NCBI RefSeq assembly: GCF_004010195.1
Contig: NC_057719.1
Span: 48,780,914 to 48,844,913, forward strand
Direction: 5' to 3'
Source: Chiloscyllium plagiosum
Taxonomy: Eukaryota
Length of the DNA: 64,000 nt
Made by a program: the position numbers and the translations under genes. The notes below the pieces were generated by a model, which was not told where the DNA came from, made no database searches, and saw nothing but the letters and a program-made list of their open reading frames with translations. Shown here piece after piece: positions 26,375 through 38,514 of this stretch. Within the stretch, counting starts at the first letter, position 1; every line of letters starts with the position of its first letter.

Positions 26375-26445
26375 GAGTCATAGTCATAGAGATGTACAGC
26401 ACAGAAACAGACCCTTCGGTCCAACCCATCTCTGCTGACCAGATC
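26375..26445 (-). mobile_element. Very short HER1-like CR1 3' stub
   Basis: gagtcatagtcatagagatgtacagcacagaaacagacccttcggtccaac matches the 3' ends at 35645-36050 and 46627-46895. Confidence 0.8.
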
Positions 26446-27149
26446 CTTCATCTTTCTTGTAAAAATCCGCAGATGAGAGAGGCACCCTGACGTTATAGTC
26501 TATAGAGAAGTAGGAATCAAAATGCCATGTCTTTACACCCAATGTATCTCCACCTTCTCCTGTGACCAACAAGAGTCCTCAGCATAAGCTTCCCATCCTG
26601 GTGAAGTCTAGGGTGGTTCCTTGCAGTACAATACAGAAAAAAGGCATGAATTAATCCTTAGATGCTTTGCTCCAGAGAACTAGAGGATACAATGAGGCCA
26701 TGTGATGGACAATGAGGATCTATGAGAAACGCTGCATTGTATCGAATAGGAAAATGAGGACATTCATCAGAAATAACATCAGCTTCGCCATTCTACAACA
26801 CAGTATTGTTGGTCAGGCAGGGCTCATTTGGCAATTGCTTTTGATGGATTTGAGTTGCAAGATGTCAGCTTTCACTGGCTGTAAATGTTTTGAAGCTGCA
26901 AAGGTCAGAATACATGTTTAATCCCAATTACAAATATGATTTTTTCTCTCTTTGCTTTTCCTGTTATTTAACAAAAGTTATGGTTGCAAACCATTGGAAG
27001 CCTTCACTACATCTGCTAACCCATCATTCAATCATGACAAAGTTTCCTGCAACTAAGGGTGTTACAGAAAGAATAGCCACTCTTCAGATAGGGTTAGAAA
27101 ATCATGTGGCCATGTGGATGGGTAGCCTTTATACCTTCATTGTAGTAGC

Positions 27150-29350
27150 TGGAGTTAAAATAACAACACAGCTGATAATGAAAAATGAACAGATATTTAC
27201 AGAACAATTCCAATTTGGATGACCTTTCACCCTTGCCAGCTATCTGCCTTCTTTCACCTTTCCTCCCATTCTGTTTAGGTTCGGTCTCAGAGTCTGCAGC
27301 TGGGGAGGAGGGAGACTGTCTTAACATGGAGCCGTTGGCCTTGGAGCTTTCAGCAGGTGAACCCAGGAGCATTTGTGGTTTGAAAGTCGAGACAAGAATC
27401 CTGGCCAGAAACAGGCTCACCTTCTGTTGCTTGAACATCCACAATGGCAATGGTCACATGTAGGGTGGTGGTGGAGTGGCTAGGTCTGGAGTGGCCTGAC
27501 AGGAGGTTTCTGAGAGCCTTGTATATGGTTCCCCTTCCACTGGTGCCACTACTTTGTCTCCATGTGAGGAAGGGGCACCAGGATTGAGGTCAAGGTCCCT
27601 CAAACCCCTGTTGCCTTCCAGTTGGTGCTGAGCATATCCAGCAGACGATGAGAGTGCTGGGCTTGGCTTTCCATAGCACCCACCCAACTGTCCATGGAGA
27701 CAGCCAGATGCATGCGTGCAAGTGCCAAAACAGTACAGATGGCATCGATGGACTCCTCCAATCTTCAATTCAGTTTCCAAAGTTTCTCAGACAACTTCCA
27801 GTTGGTGCTGAGCATATCCAGCAGACGATGAGAGTGCTGGGCTTGGCTTTCCATAGCACCCACCCAACTGTCCATGGAGACAGCCAGATGCATGCGTGCC
27901 AGTGCCAAAACAGTACAGATGGCATCGATGGACTCCTCCAATCTTCATTTCAGTTTCCAAAGTTTCTCAGACAAACCTGCATGCTGATTCTGTGTCAGCC
28001 TATGCAGTTTATTAATGGTTGACACTATGGGGTCATCTCCTGCCTGAGATTGATTAGATGTCTGGTTTCTGGCAATCTTCTGATTGCCTGCAACCTGGGG
28101 CATCTCTTCCTCAGCCACCTGTGGAGACATGGCAGCGATGTGGTCACCAAAATACTCTGAAGTCTAATTGAGCTAAAGCGCCCAACAAGGTGTCAGTATC
28201 TGAGCTGGTTGAGGTTACAGGAGATAGCCTTGTTGGTGCTACTTCTGAGAGATTGGTGTCTTCTTCCTCAGACATGAAGGAGGAGGTGTTGGCTGCTCTC
28301 TTCAGAATGGCTCTGTGCAGATACTGCTTGAGACAAGAGACAGACTGAGTTGTGGAATAGGGGTAGAAACTTAGCCATGTTACATATGCATTCACAGCAG
28401 TGATAATAGGAGAACAACACGGCACCTGACAATGAACTCTACTTGTTTCCAGGACATAAAAGTCTCAGCATCACCACAAGTGGTCTTTATCCTCTCCCAC
28501 AAGCTTCTGGATCAGATGAACACTAGGCACCCCACCACCTATCCTGTCCCTCTCAATTGTTTTATGAGCCATTTTCTCCTAAAGTAAGAGACTACAAGGA
28601 TTAAGTAAAATGATAATGGCTGGCACAACTGTTAGTGTTGGTGCAAGTGGAGGAAAGATGACGACGAGGAGTCTTCAGTGAGTGAGTAGGAAATGTAGAG
28701 GATGTATAAAGTTTGGGAGAATGGGGTGGGTGAAAGTTATTGAGGGAACTGCATAAGTAGTGAGAGTGGTAGGTCATGGGTTTTGAGAGAGGATAGGTGG
28801 AGTAGCAGAAGGTAAGTGCAAATGTCAGATTGAAGATGGTGGCACTTAACCTGGTAGAGCGCAAAAGATCATTAACCTCCTTGTGACAGCACCCAGTATT
28901 CCTCCAGGTCATTGACATTGCACTGACCTGGGTGGAAACTTCAGACTAGGCTGGCAGGATCTGATTGTGTGGTCTCCTCTGGAGAGAAATGTCCTCCTCT
29001 CCAGCATGCCAACCACCATGATGTCCAGTTCCATGTTAGCAAAGTGGAGTGACAACTTGCTCCTGTTGTTGATCTCTGGGGCAATTCTTCCCACACCAGA
29101 ACTATGAAAGGCACATCTTGGCTGGCAGTGTTTGTTCTAGCGTATAGCTGAGCTTTAAATATAGCACTGGCAGCAGGAATCAGAGAAAGCCCCAGGAACA
29201 GCAAGCCCTTCGGTCTCTAGACCATAGGATGTAGTGTATAGGTAATGAAGTGAGAAGCTTAAATGTGGGTGAGAAAACATACTGGAGCATATGGTGAGAA
29301 ACCTTTCATAAAATTCCCTGAAATTGATCCACCCAAATCTTGAGAAAATT
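27150..29350 (-). mobile_element. Harbinger/PIF Myb/SANT-like gene remnant with introns
   Basis: LHFANMELDIMV..MLERRTFL and CHKEVNDLLRSTR (Myb/SANT-like). Donor cag|gttaag near 28850, acceptor tttag|gagaaaatggct near 28578, then EKMAH..ERDRIGGG. Many stops and frameshifts. Confidence 0.7.
27615..27974. repeat. Tandem duplication, 2 x 180 bp
   Basis: 27615-27794 and 27795-27974 differ at 2 positions. Confidence 0.97.
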
Positions 29351-30642
29351 CAGTTCATAATTTCTACCAGTACAGATATAGTGCAATAGGGTAACTGTGG
29401 GACCGTGTTGGGAAGAATAATTTGGACTGTTCTATGCTATTCTTAGCTCTTAAAATAAAATAAGGAACATCTACTAAAAAAAGGTGCAAGTTTTCTAATT
29501 AATGAATTCCGACATTGCCTAATTGCATAACACAGAAAAACAAGCAATGATGATTGTTCATTTAGCAGGGACTTTGCCCAGTTTTAGGACCATGAATACA
29601 AATGAGAAAAAGAAATGGGTTTCTTTTAAAGATTTCTAATCTTCCTCATTCAATTTCTCTCCATGCACCCTTCCTAGCAATATGATGCACTTGCATGCAG
29701 TAACACAGAAAAATCTGCCTCAATATCACCTGATAATTAGTGGTAAATCTAAGTTTCCTTAGATCAGCAAGTTAGCGACTGTTCCTGCAGCTGGCTGTGT
29801 TTACTGAATGTGATCAGATAAAAACTTCTCCTTCATTAGCATCAATACAGAGAGTAAGGCTGGAACTGCTGTTGACTGATAGTTTTAAAGGGTTGCTGTT
29901 GATATATAAAGAAAAGATGATTTTGTCTGTATAAATCAAATTCACTTGTTGTATGAGAATATATCTACAAAGACCAATTGAAGCAAAATGCTGCAGTTTT
30001 TGAGTTCTCGGATCATGGGTTGCCACAATCCACTAGCAGACATTCAGCCATTCTGAAAATCTTACTGTTTCCTGTGCTCCTGAAACCTCCAGGCTGAAGG
30101 GACCTCTGTCTTTCACAGAAGCATGTGGAAGAAAAGTGCAGAATGTACAAAATATAGGCATCAGTATTAGTAATGAGAATGTGGACTACATTCATAAGGT
30201 CAAAACATGTCACAAACATTTTGCAAAAACATTAGGTGGATGGCATTGCCAGAGGTAACACCCAAACCTAGATGCATCTATTTGATTTTCTTTTCCTCCT
30301 CTCGCAATTCCACCACCATCATCCTTTTCTTTAATTTATTCTTTCGTGGCTGTGGGCATCACTGTCAAGGCCAGTCTTTGTTGCCGATGGTGAATTGACC
30401 TACAACTGAATGTCTTGCTAGGTCATTTCAGAGGACAGTTAAGCATTAGTTTCTATGGATCTGGAGTCTCATGTAAGCCAGATCAGGTAAAGATGACAGA
30501 TTTCCTTTGGTAAACGATATTAGTGACCCAGATGCATTTTTATGACAATTGATGATAATTTTAAGGTTGCATTATTTTTTAAGGTTTCAATTCCAGATGT
30601 TTGATAATTGAAAAAATTGAACCATCCAACACAATGGGATAT

Positions 30643-31054
30643 TGTAGTGATTGTAAACAAGTGGATCTTACTGACTGCGTGATCCCTTGATTGGGGTTGT
30701 TAACCTGGGCCAATAAGGGAGCCCTGGCTGATAGTATATACAGGAGATGCAGAGTTTCTTGACTCTGAGATGGGTGGGCACAGCCAGTGTACTGTGCACA
30801 TATAAATAAAGAGAGAAAATGAGTTCTGCAGATGCTGGAGATCAGAGTCAAAAAGTGTGGCCATGGAAAAGCACGGTCAGTCAGGTAGCATCCGAGGAAC
30901 AAGAGAATCAACGTTTCGAGCATAAGCTCTTCATCAGGAACCTCGACTTTCCTGCTTCTCAGATGCTGCCTGACCAGCTTTTCCAGGCCACACTTTTTGA
31001 CATGTAAATAAAGTGACTTGGTGACAGGATACTGGCCTCTGTGCAGTTATTTCA
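30643..31054 (+). mobile_element. Solo LTR-like element
   Basis: TG...CA ends, 5-bp TSD gatat (30638-30642 and 31055-31059), internal CCAAT, TATA-like tatata and AATAAA in that order. Confidence 0.7.
30811..30999. mobile_element. PLE-derived hairpin element nested in the solo LTR
   Basis: Self-complementary arms. Flanked by a near-identical duplication acat(a/g)taaataaa. Confidence 0.8.
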
Positions 31055-31251
31055 GATATGCACTCCATCTCCTTAGAGCATTAGTCTGGGTCTCTGGATT
31101 CTAGTCCAATGACATTACCACTACACCACTTCATTCTTACTCCATTTTGTAGTTTACAATTATGCAGCAGATGATGAGGGTGATGATGTTGGAGATTTTG
31201 GCTAAGTATGGAATTGATCTGCATTTATCAGCAATGACTATACAGCATATG

Positions 31252-31337
31252 GAAATGAAGGGCTTATGCTTGAAACGTCGATTCTCTTGCTCTTTGGATG
31301 CTGCCTGACCGGCTGTGCTTTTCCAGCACCACACTCT
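31252..31337 (+). mobile_element. PLE-derived hairpin family, single arm
   Basis: tgaagggcttatgcttgaaacgtcgattctc...ggatgctgcctgacc. 17-bp TSD with 2 mismatches (31235-31251 and 31338-31354). Confidence 0.8.
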
Positions 31338-33379
31338 TGACTATGCAGCATGTGCTTTGTTTCCTGATAGTGTCTGACTTGTTTTATTGGGCACAAAATA
31401 AGACAAGTTCCTTAGAGTATTACAGAACTAAAATGGTTCGCCTGAAAGTTTATAGCTTAGTACCCTTCAGTGTTTTGGCATGTATATAGTGATTTGTGAA
31501 ACTCTGATATGCCATCAATCTCATTCTTTATGTCCTGAACATTGGAACTTCATCATCACACTGGAAAAGACATAGGCCCAATTTTAGCCAAACCCAACCA
31601 TCAGGACCTTGCACTTTAAAACAAACAGGCCGGTTTTGTGGCAATGTGCCATTTTATTTGGGTAAGGTATGCAGTCCACACAATCAGAAAAACTTTAATG
31701 TGAAATAGTTTCCTAAACTCTTTGTGTTATTCACAACAAACATATTTCTAAATGTTAAATCTGAAATACAAAAATAACAAAGGTTTTTGCTCTCTTACCT
31801 CTGCTCTGAGTCAAATCAAATTAAGCAAAAGCTTCACTCTGGTTTCATTTGTTTTCTCAGTTGGAAAACATTTGCAAAGGAAAAGAAATTAATCTTCTGT
31901 ATTTTAAGTGAATTACATGTCAAGACATTAACATACTTTGTTGGTGTTCCTGGCTGTGTCTTCTATCACTGTTTTGTGCAGTTTAACAAGTACTTCAATT
32001 CAGATCAGTGCCTTAGTCCTCCCTTTGACATATGTTCTATGAGAAAGCCCAAAGCTGTCTAACATTAGTGTTAAATCCATGTAAAGTAAGATGAAGAGCC
32101 ACGTGGGGGAGGGTAGAGGTTAAGTCATTCTTTTTGTTCTGTCCTGCAGTATTTCACTTTATATGGACGTTACTCTAATAGAACTTTTGAGTACCCTGTA
32201 TTTATTTTGCAAACAATTATTATAGACACTTCCTAGAAATGAGACAAATCCAAAATATTGCTGCAAAGTGAGTAATCCGTTATGAAATAAATATGTTCTC
32301 AGTAATGAAACATTAGTTGCGACTCACCGTATTTCAACAAATTATGAATACTGAATTCAAATGATCAATTGAACAGAATTAAATATTTCAAAATTAAAGG
32401 AGTAACTTCAGTAGGAAATGCAACAAAATAAAATAATGTGTGTTTTTGTATTTCTTTTGGATAAAGATTATTGCAGTAATTCTATGTCATTTTGCAGAGT
32501 CCTACATTTCCTGTTTGTCCAACCATACCTTGTTATTTTTTCTGTACAAAATAGTCATGATAAGTAATAATGATGTACCTCCTATGTTAATTCTTATTCT
32601 ACTTCCCCCAGTAGACTGAGCACACAGGTTTAAATTTAAAAGAAAGGGGTCTGGATGTTGGTAATTACAGGAGAATAATAACTCCACACTAATCTTTTCT
32701 CTAGTTGAGGAGGAATAAACCACATGATTAGCTTGCCTTTTAACACAAGGTAATATTCGTATTGCTGCTTACTTACACTTGTGATTTCCTTTCAAAAAGA
32801 AGTCTTGCAATTTTCAGTAGCCTCCACTTTGCATTAAAATCTCCACGCACATTTTTATGCCACACTCTTGAATTGTTAATGAAAAATATAATAGGTCATT
32901 CAAACAATAGTGCTTTTGATTATTTTATTATGACATTTAATTAATGGCAACCTGCATTAATGAATAAAGTCACTCGGGAGTCCTTCAGGGCTTCCTAAAT
33001 AGTGACCAAAAGCAGCAGGGATTTTTTTTTAGTTGTATGCTCCCAATCCTCAAGTACTGTATAGAAATGCTCACTAATGAAGAGGGAGGGATAGAAGCTT
33101 GTCTACATTCAAAGATCACTGGTGAGTCATGCAGCAAGAAAAGACCCCTTACTAGGAATAGTCACAGTTCCGAGGCATTGTACTAGCAAAAGGGCCTGAT
33201 CAAAGGTCTCCCGTGGAGCTTGCATGGTTCCCTTTCATAGTACAACCATAATTAAAACTACTAACTCTCTTTTAAAATGCTGCAGGATGCCATGTAGGCA
33301 TCTGTCTGGAGTGTCCTTTGTGATGTCATCAGCTGTCAAGAACCAATGCAAGAATGCTTTGAGCAAAATGCCAGTCATG

Positions 33380-33870
33380 AAGGTGCTTGTAGACAAGGGT
33401 CCTGCTAGGGTTTGACAGGAGCCTTGACTGCGTAATTCTTGCTGAATTCGCCTCTTGCTATTACGCTGTCAGCTGCCAGTAAATAAAACTCAAAGGGGCG
33501 AACTGAAGTTTTATTACCTGATCCAAGAGGCTTTGTTCGCTTTGGCATCACACAGGGGAAGCTCTCGCCCCTCTATTATTTGTATTTGAAGACGTCCATT
33601 GGAGCCTGCAGAGTCTGGACAGAGTTCAGAGCGGGACCTTTTGAAGAGTGTCAATAGTTGTAACAGTTCAGCTGTTAGGAAGAAGAATAAATGGAGAAGC
33701 TTGTTAATCCCCCTTTGGCTCTTCTAGTGCCTTTTGCCCTTTTATCACAGCCCTATTAGGCTCGTACTCATCTCAGGTTAAAAAAAACATGAATTGTCGT
33801 GGTTAAGTACTAATTGGGGAAGGCCATAAATCATTAAGTTCAGGAATTTTCTCTGACTGGAAGTCAACTC
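33380..33870. promoter_or_regulatory. Candidate conserved non-coding element / developmental enhancer
   Basis: Unique sequence with about 10 CpGs in ~400 bp against a CpG-depleted background. TGACAG 33413-33418, CTGTCA 33466-33471, GTAAATAAA 33479-33487, TTTTATTAC about 33509, CTTTGTT 33531-33537. Confidence 0.6.
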
Positions 33871-34444
33871 TCCACAGGAATCAGGAGAGGGCCGGAGAGA
33901 CTACTTAGAAACAACAGTGCATTTGTGTTTAATACAGTATAAAGAAATACCAGCTGAAGAGTTTATAAGTTATCCTTGAAGAATGCCAACAATAACTGTT
34001 CCCTACAGAATCATTACTTATGTAAATATAACTTATACTGACAGCATATAGAACAGAAATAGGTAAATATTAATAGTTTCTATTACTCAACAATTAAGGG
34101 TAAAATAGACCCCTAATTTGGTTAAGTTAGGTAGAAATTTATTAGTCTCATTCATATATTTTTGAACAAACATGATGCATACAAATGTCAGTCTGACTAA
34201 TCTCAGAGTATGGCGAATACCACAAAATCTGTAGCTAAACTAGGATTCGATGTTGCTTAGGATATGTATCATTTGCCAAATTAATTGAAAATCAGGATCC
34301 AATATAATTGATACAGTTCCTTCTTTGACTACTCAACATGAGGGTTGATTGCCATTTGATACCAAGTTATGATTAATGCTCTCATAATATTTAACACTGG
34401 ACAAAATGAAGATATACTATTCTGTTGATTCTTGTATTTGTGAA

Positions 34445-34537
34445 GTTAGAAATCACACAACACCAGGTTATAATCCAACAGGTTTAATTGGAAGCACTAG
34501 ATTTCGGAGTGCCGCTCCTTCATCAGGTGGTTGTGAA
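34445..34537 (-). mobile_element. PLE terminal-repeat fragment (second family) with hammerhead core
   Basis: Revcomp cac-ctgatga-a-ggag-cggca-ctcc-gaaa-tc-ta-gtg. 10-bp TSD tatttgtgaa. Shares its end with 50811-51067. Confidence 0.72.
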
Positions 34538-34566
34538 TATTTGTGAATATAGCAAATACATTAGTG

Positions 34567-35372
34567 AGTTTTGAGAAGATTTGTAGCTCAGGTTGAGGTT
34601 CTGGATGTAGGTTTGCTTGTGACCTGGAAGGTTCATTTCCAGACATCTCATCACCTGACTAGGTAACATTTTCAGTGGGCCTCTGGGTGAAGCACTGCTG
34701 ATGATTCCTGCTTTCTACTTATATGTTTGGGTTTCTTTGGGTTGGTGATGTCATTTCCTGTGGTGATGTCATTTCCCATTCTTTTTCTCAGGGGGTCGTA
34801 GGTGAGTGTCTAATTTGATGTGTTTGTTGATAGAGTTCCAGTTGGAATGCCATGCTTCTAGGAATTCTCGTGCATGTCTAAGTTTGGCTTGTCCTAGGAT
34901 GGATGTGTTGCCCCAGTCGAAGTGGTGTCCTTCCTTACTGTATGTAAGGATACTAGTGAGAGTGGGTCATGTCATTTTGTGGCTAGTTGATCTTAATGTA
35001 TCCTGGTGGCTAGTTTTCTGCTTGTTTGTCCAATGTAGTGTTTGTTACAGTACTTGCAAGGTATTTTGTAAATGACATTAGTTTTGCTTGTTGTCTGTAT
35101 AGGGTCTTTCAAGTTCATTAGCTGCTGTTTTAGTGTGTTGGTGGGTTTGTGGGCTACCATGATGCCAAAGGGTCTGAGTAGTCTGGCAGTCATTTCCTGT
35201 ATGTCTATGATGTAGGGGAGAGTGGCTAGGGTTTCTGGACTAGTGTTTTGACTGCTTGTTTGGGTTTGTTGCTGAAGAATCAGTGGACTGTGTTCATTGG
35301 GTACCCATGCTTTTTGAATACACTGTATAGGTGATTTTCCTCTACTCTGAGTAGTTCCTCTGTGCTGCAGTA
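34567..35372 (-). mobile_element. Penelope-like element (GIY-YIG endonuclease region and pLTR)
   Basis: ORF 34993..35391 has NVIYKIPCKYCNKHYIGQTSRKLATRIH (GIY-YIG signature). Confidence 0.92.
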
Positions 35373-35644
35373 ACAAGTAAATCTTGGGCAATTAAAATTA
35401 AACATATTAATCTTTGTCAATAAAATGTTACTTAGATAAGGTTTAAAATGATTTTAAGATTTGCTGTGTCAAACAATATTTTTAAGGTTTTATACTGAGA
35501 CCTAAATCAATCAATTGTAAAAATTGATTGATTCAGAGGTCTGGTTAACATGACAATTTGAAAATCTCAAGAATAGGTTGCAGTTTCTGGCCATTTTAAC
35601 ATTCAGAAAGGGAGTTGAAATACAACTAAAATTTTCTTTACAAG

Positions 35645-36050
35645 GAGCATCGGAGGCTGAGGGGTGACCTTATAGAGGTTTATAAAATCATGAAGGGCAT
35701 GGATAGGGTAAATAGACAATGTCTTTTCCCTGGGTTAGGGGATTTCAGAACTAGAGGGCAAACGTTTAGGGTGAGGGGGAAAGATTTAAAGGGACCTAAG
35801 GGACAACTTTTTCACGCAGAGTGTGGTGCATGTATGGAATGAGCTGTCCAGAGGAAGTGGAGGGGCAGACTGGTACAATTACAATATTTAAAAGGCATCT
35901 GGATGGATATTTGAACAGGAAGTGTTTAGTGTGATATGGGCCAAGTGCTGGCAAATGGGACTAGATTGGGTTGGGATATCTGGTCTGCATGGACGAGTTG
36001 GACTGAAAGGTCTGTTTCTGTGCTGTACATCTCTATGATTCTATGACTCT
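35645..36050 (+). mobile_element. HER1-like CR1 3' fragment
   Basis: aggctgaggggtgaccttatagaggtttataaaatcatg (RLRGDLIEVYKIM) through the tail ctctatgattctatgactct. Confidence 0.9.
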
Positions 36051-36449
36051 TAAGTGCAAGAATCATTCCCCAATCAGAGAACTTTATTGAGGATATTTCA
36101 AAGGCAGCATCTTACTTTCTGTAGTTGCAGGACTAAGAAGCAGATAATGAGCCAATATAAATTGCATTATTGCACCTAACAGGTTGCCAATTAGACTTTC
36201 TCTCAGTTCAAAATATGTTTAACCACCAGATTGCCAAAACTGTAATCGCATAACAGTGCAGTAAGAGCAACAGGGTAACTAGGCCTAAGGGCAATCTATA
36301 GATCACCTTCGTAAGCAATAAGATTTAAAGATTGGAAAACACATACTGTAATGATTAAGAGGTTGAATAAAAGTGGGTGAATTCAATTTGTAATCATGTA
36401 AAGAAACAGAAATAAATTGGAAGAAAGAAAGATTGGATTAACAATTGAG

Positions 36450-37590
36450 AAATTGTAACTAATGGGATGCCACAGGAAACACTGTTGGGTGCTCAACTAC
36501 TTACAACCTATGTCAATAATTTGGATGAGGAAACCAATGTATGGTAGCTAACTTTCACAATGACATCATGAAAGATAGGAAAGTAAATTATCAAGAGGAG
36601 GCAGGGGATCTGAAAAGGGACATAGGTCAGGTGAATGGGCAAAAAAGTTGATAGTTGGGGTACTATGCTAGCAAATGTGAACATGTCCGTTTTGGCAGAA
36701 AGAATGATAAAGCAGTGTATTTTTAAATGGAGAGAGATTGAAGAACTCAGGGATTTGGGTGTCCTGGAACATGAATCACAAAAAGATAGTTTACTACTAA
36801 GTGATCAGGAAGGCAAAACGACTGTTATCAGTTTTTGCAAAGAGCATGGAATACAAAAGCAGGGAAATTTTACTGCAGCAGTAAATGGCCATGAGGCCAC
36901 ATTTGAAGCATCGTGTACAGTATCGATTTCCTTATTTGAAAACAAAGTACAGTAATTGCTTTAACTGCAGGTTCAAAGAAGGTTGACTTGACACATTTCT
37001 GGGATGAAGGGCTTATCTTATGAAGAAATGTTGTACATGGCAGGCCTATTTTGGGAGATTGAAAAGTGATCTCATGGAAATATATACAGTTTAAAGGGGA
37101 TTGAACACTGGAAGGATGCTGCTTCCCTGCAGAATTGCAAGCTCAGGGGTATGGTTCAAGTATAACAGTTCTCCCTTTTAACCTATTTTTCTAATCAACC
37201 TGTTCAGAGATGTTATTACACACCTTTGCAGCAGCTGGGATTAAACCCAGGTCTCTCAATTTAGGGATAGGGACACTACCACAGCACCACTAGATTGATG
37301 CTCCTGGTTACTCTTTAAACACAGATGTGGAGATTTTTTTTATTTCTCAGAGGGTCATTAGAGTATGGAATTCATTTACTCGAAAGGTATTGCTTCTGGG
37401 CCTTTTCATTTAATCAATGCAGGGTTAGATAGATTTTTGATGTAAAGGGGACACAAAGAGTTATGGGGTACACACTGGAAAGTGAAGCTGAGACTATAAC
37501 CAAATCATTCATTAACTTATTGAATAGTACATTAGGCTTGAAAGGCTAAAACCCTACTTCTGATCCTAAACCCTATGTTCCAATGTCAAC
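36450..37590 (+). mobile_element. Old CR1 LINE 3' half, decayed
   Basis: PQETLLG..YVNNLDE RT remnants, RDLGVL, and a 3' tail ending ctatgttc. Confidence 0.75.
37183..37292 (-). mobile_element. Short (~110 bp) tRNA-derived SINE
   Basis: Reverse complement of 57500-57615. Box A/B-like motifs. Confidence 0.65.
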
Positions 37591-37739
37591 AATGAGGCAA
37601 GAAAGAGACGGAAAAGTAAAATAAGCCAATTCACCAATGCGTACTTTTCAAATTTCTGCCAGAAATTCTACATCTGAAAGAATGCTATGCCACACCAGTA
37701 ATAGTTAATTTTCAATGCCAGAGAAATTGATTGGAAGAT

Positions 37740-37965
37740 ACACAGAGGGTGGTGCGTGTATGGAATGAGCTACCACTGGAGGCTGATACAATTACAGCAT
37801 TTAAAAGGGATCTGGATGGGTATGTGAATAGGAAAGGTTTCGAGGGATATGAGCCCAAGTGCTGGCAAATGGGACTAGATTAGGTTAGGATATCTGGTCG
37901 AGTTGGACGAGTTGGACCGAGGAGTCTGTTTCTGTGCTGTACATCCTCCATGACTCTGTGACTCT
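37740..37965 (+). mobile_element. HER1-like CR1 3' fragment
   Basis: cagagggtggtgcgtgtatggaatgagct (QRVVRVWNEL) through the tail atgactctgtgactct. Confidence 0.88.
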
Positions 37966-38514
37966 AAGTCTTTAATACGTCATTTTGTCAAATGAATTTG
38001 CACTTATAATGTCAAGGTTTAAAATTTTTGTGATGAGATTTAATGTGGTATAGTTTAATGAGGTATTTTATGGTCAAATGCAGCAAGATCATTAAAAAAG
38101 GGAAGGTTGAGGTTTTAATATTGCTTTTGCAATATAACCACATTGCTTTTGCAAAGCTAACAATACAACTTGAATGGTAACTTTCAGATAGTCCTATTCA
38201 ACTGTTACGCTGCCTGAAGTTGTATATGTTTCTTGCTAATTTGATAATAATTTCTGGGTCAATGTTTCTGAAATGGTTTGAGAATACAAAATGAACTTTA
38301 AACTAATTTGGTTATTTTATATTAATTCTCAATTTCCTGGAGGCTTTTTCTATCCTTCACTCTCGCATTAATTGAGTTTCAGAGAGAAAACGGGTTAGTT
38401 TGAATGCAGCTCTGACTATCAGGGAAAATAAGCAACTTAAAGGACTACATAAACGTAAAGGAAAGTTACAAAATGTAGCTGATAAAGTGATAGAAATTGT
38501 GAACAAAAATAAAT

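Larger units (their letters stand above)
30340..31130 (-). mobile_element. tRNA-derived SINE (as 9935) split by a solo LTR
   Basis: ctggagtctcatgtaagccagatcaggtaaagatgacagatttcc matches the 9935 copy. The head resumes after 31059. Confidence 0.72.

Noticed and set aside
27615..27974. CRISPR-like or satellite array
   Set aside because: Only two contiguous units, no spacers, and a eukaryotic context.
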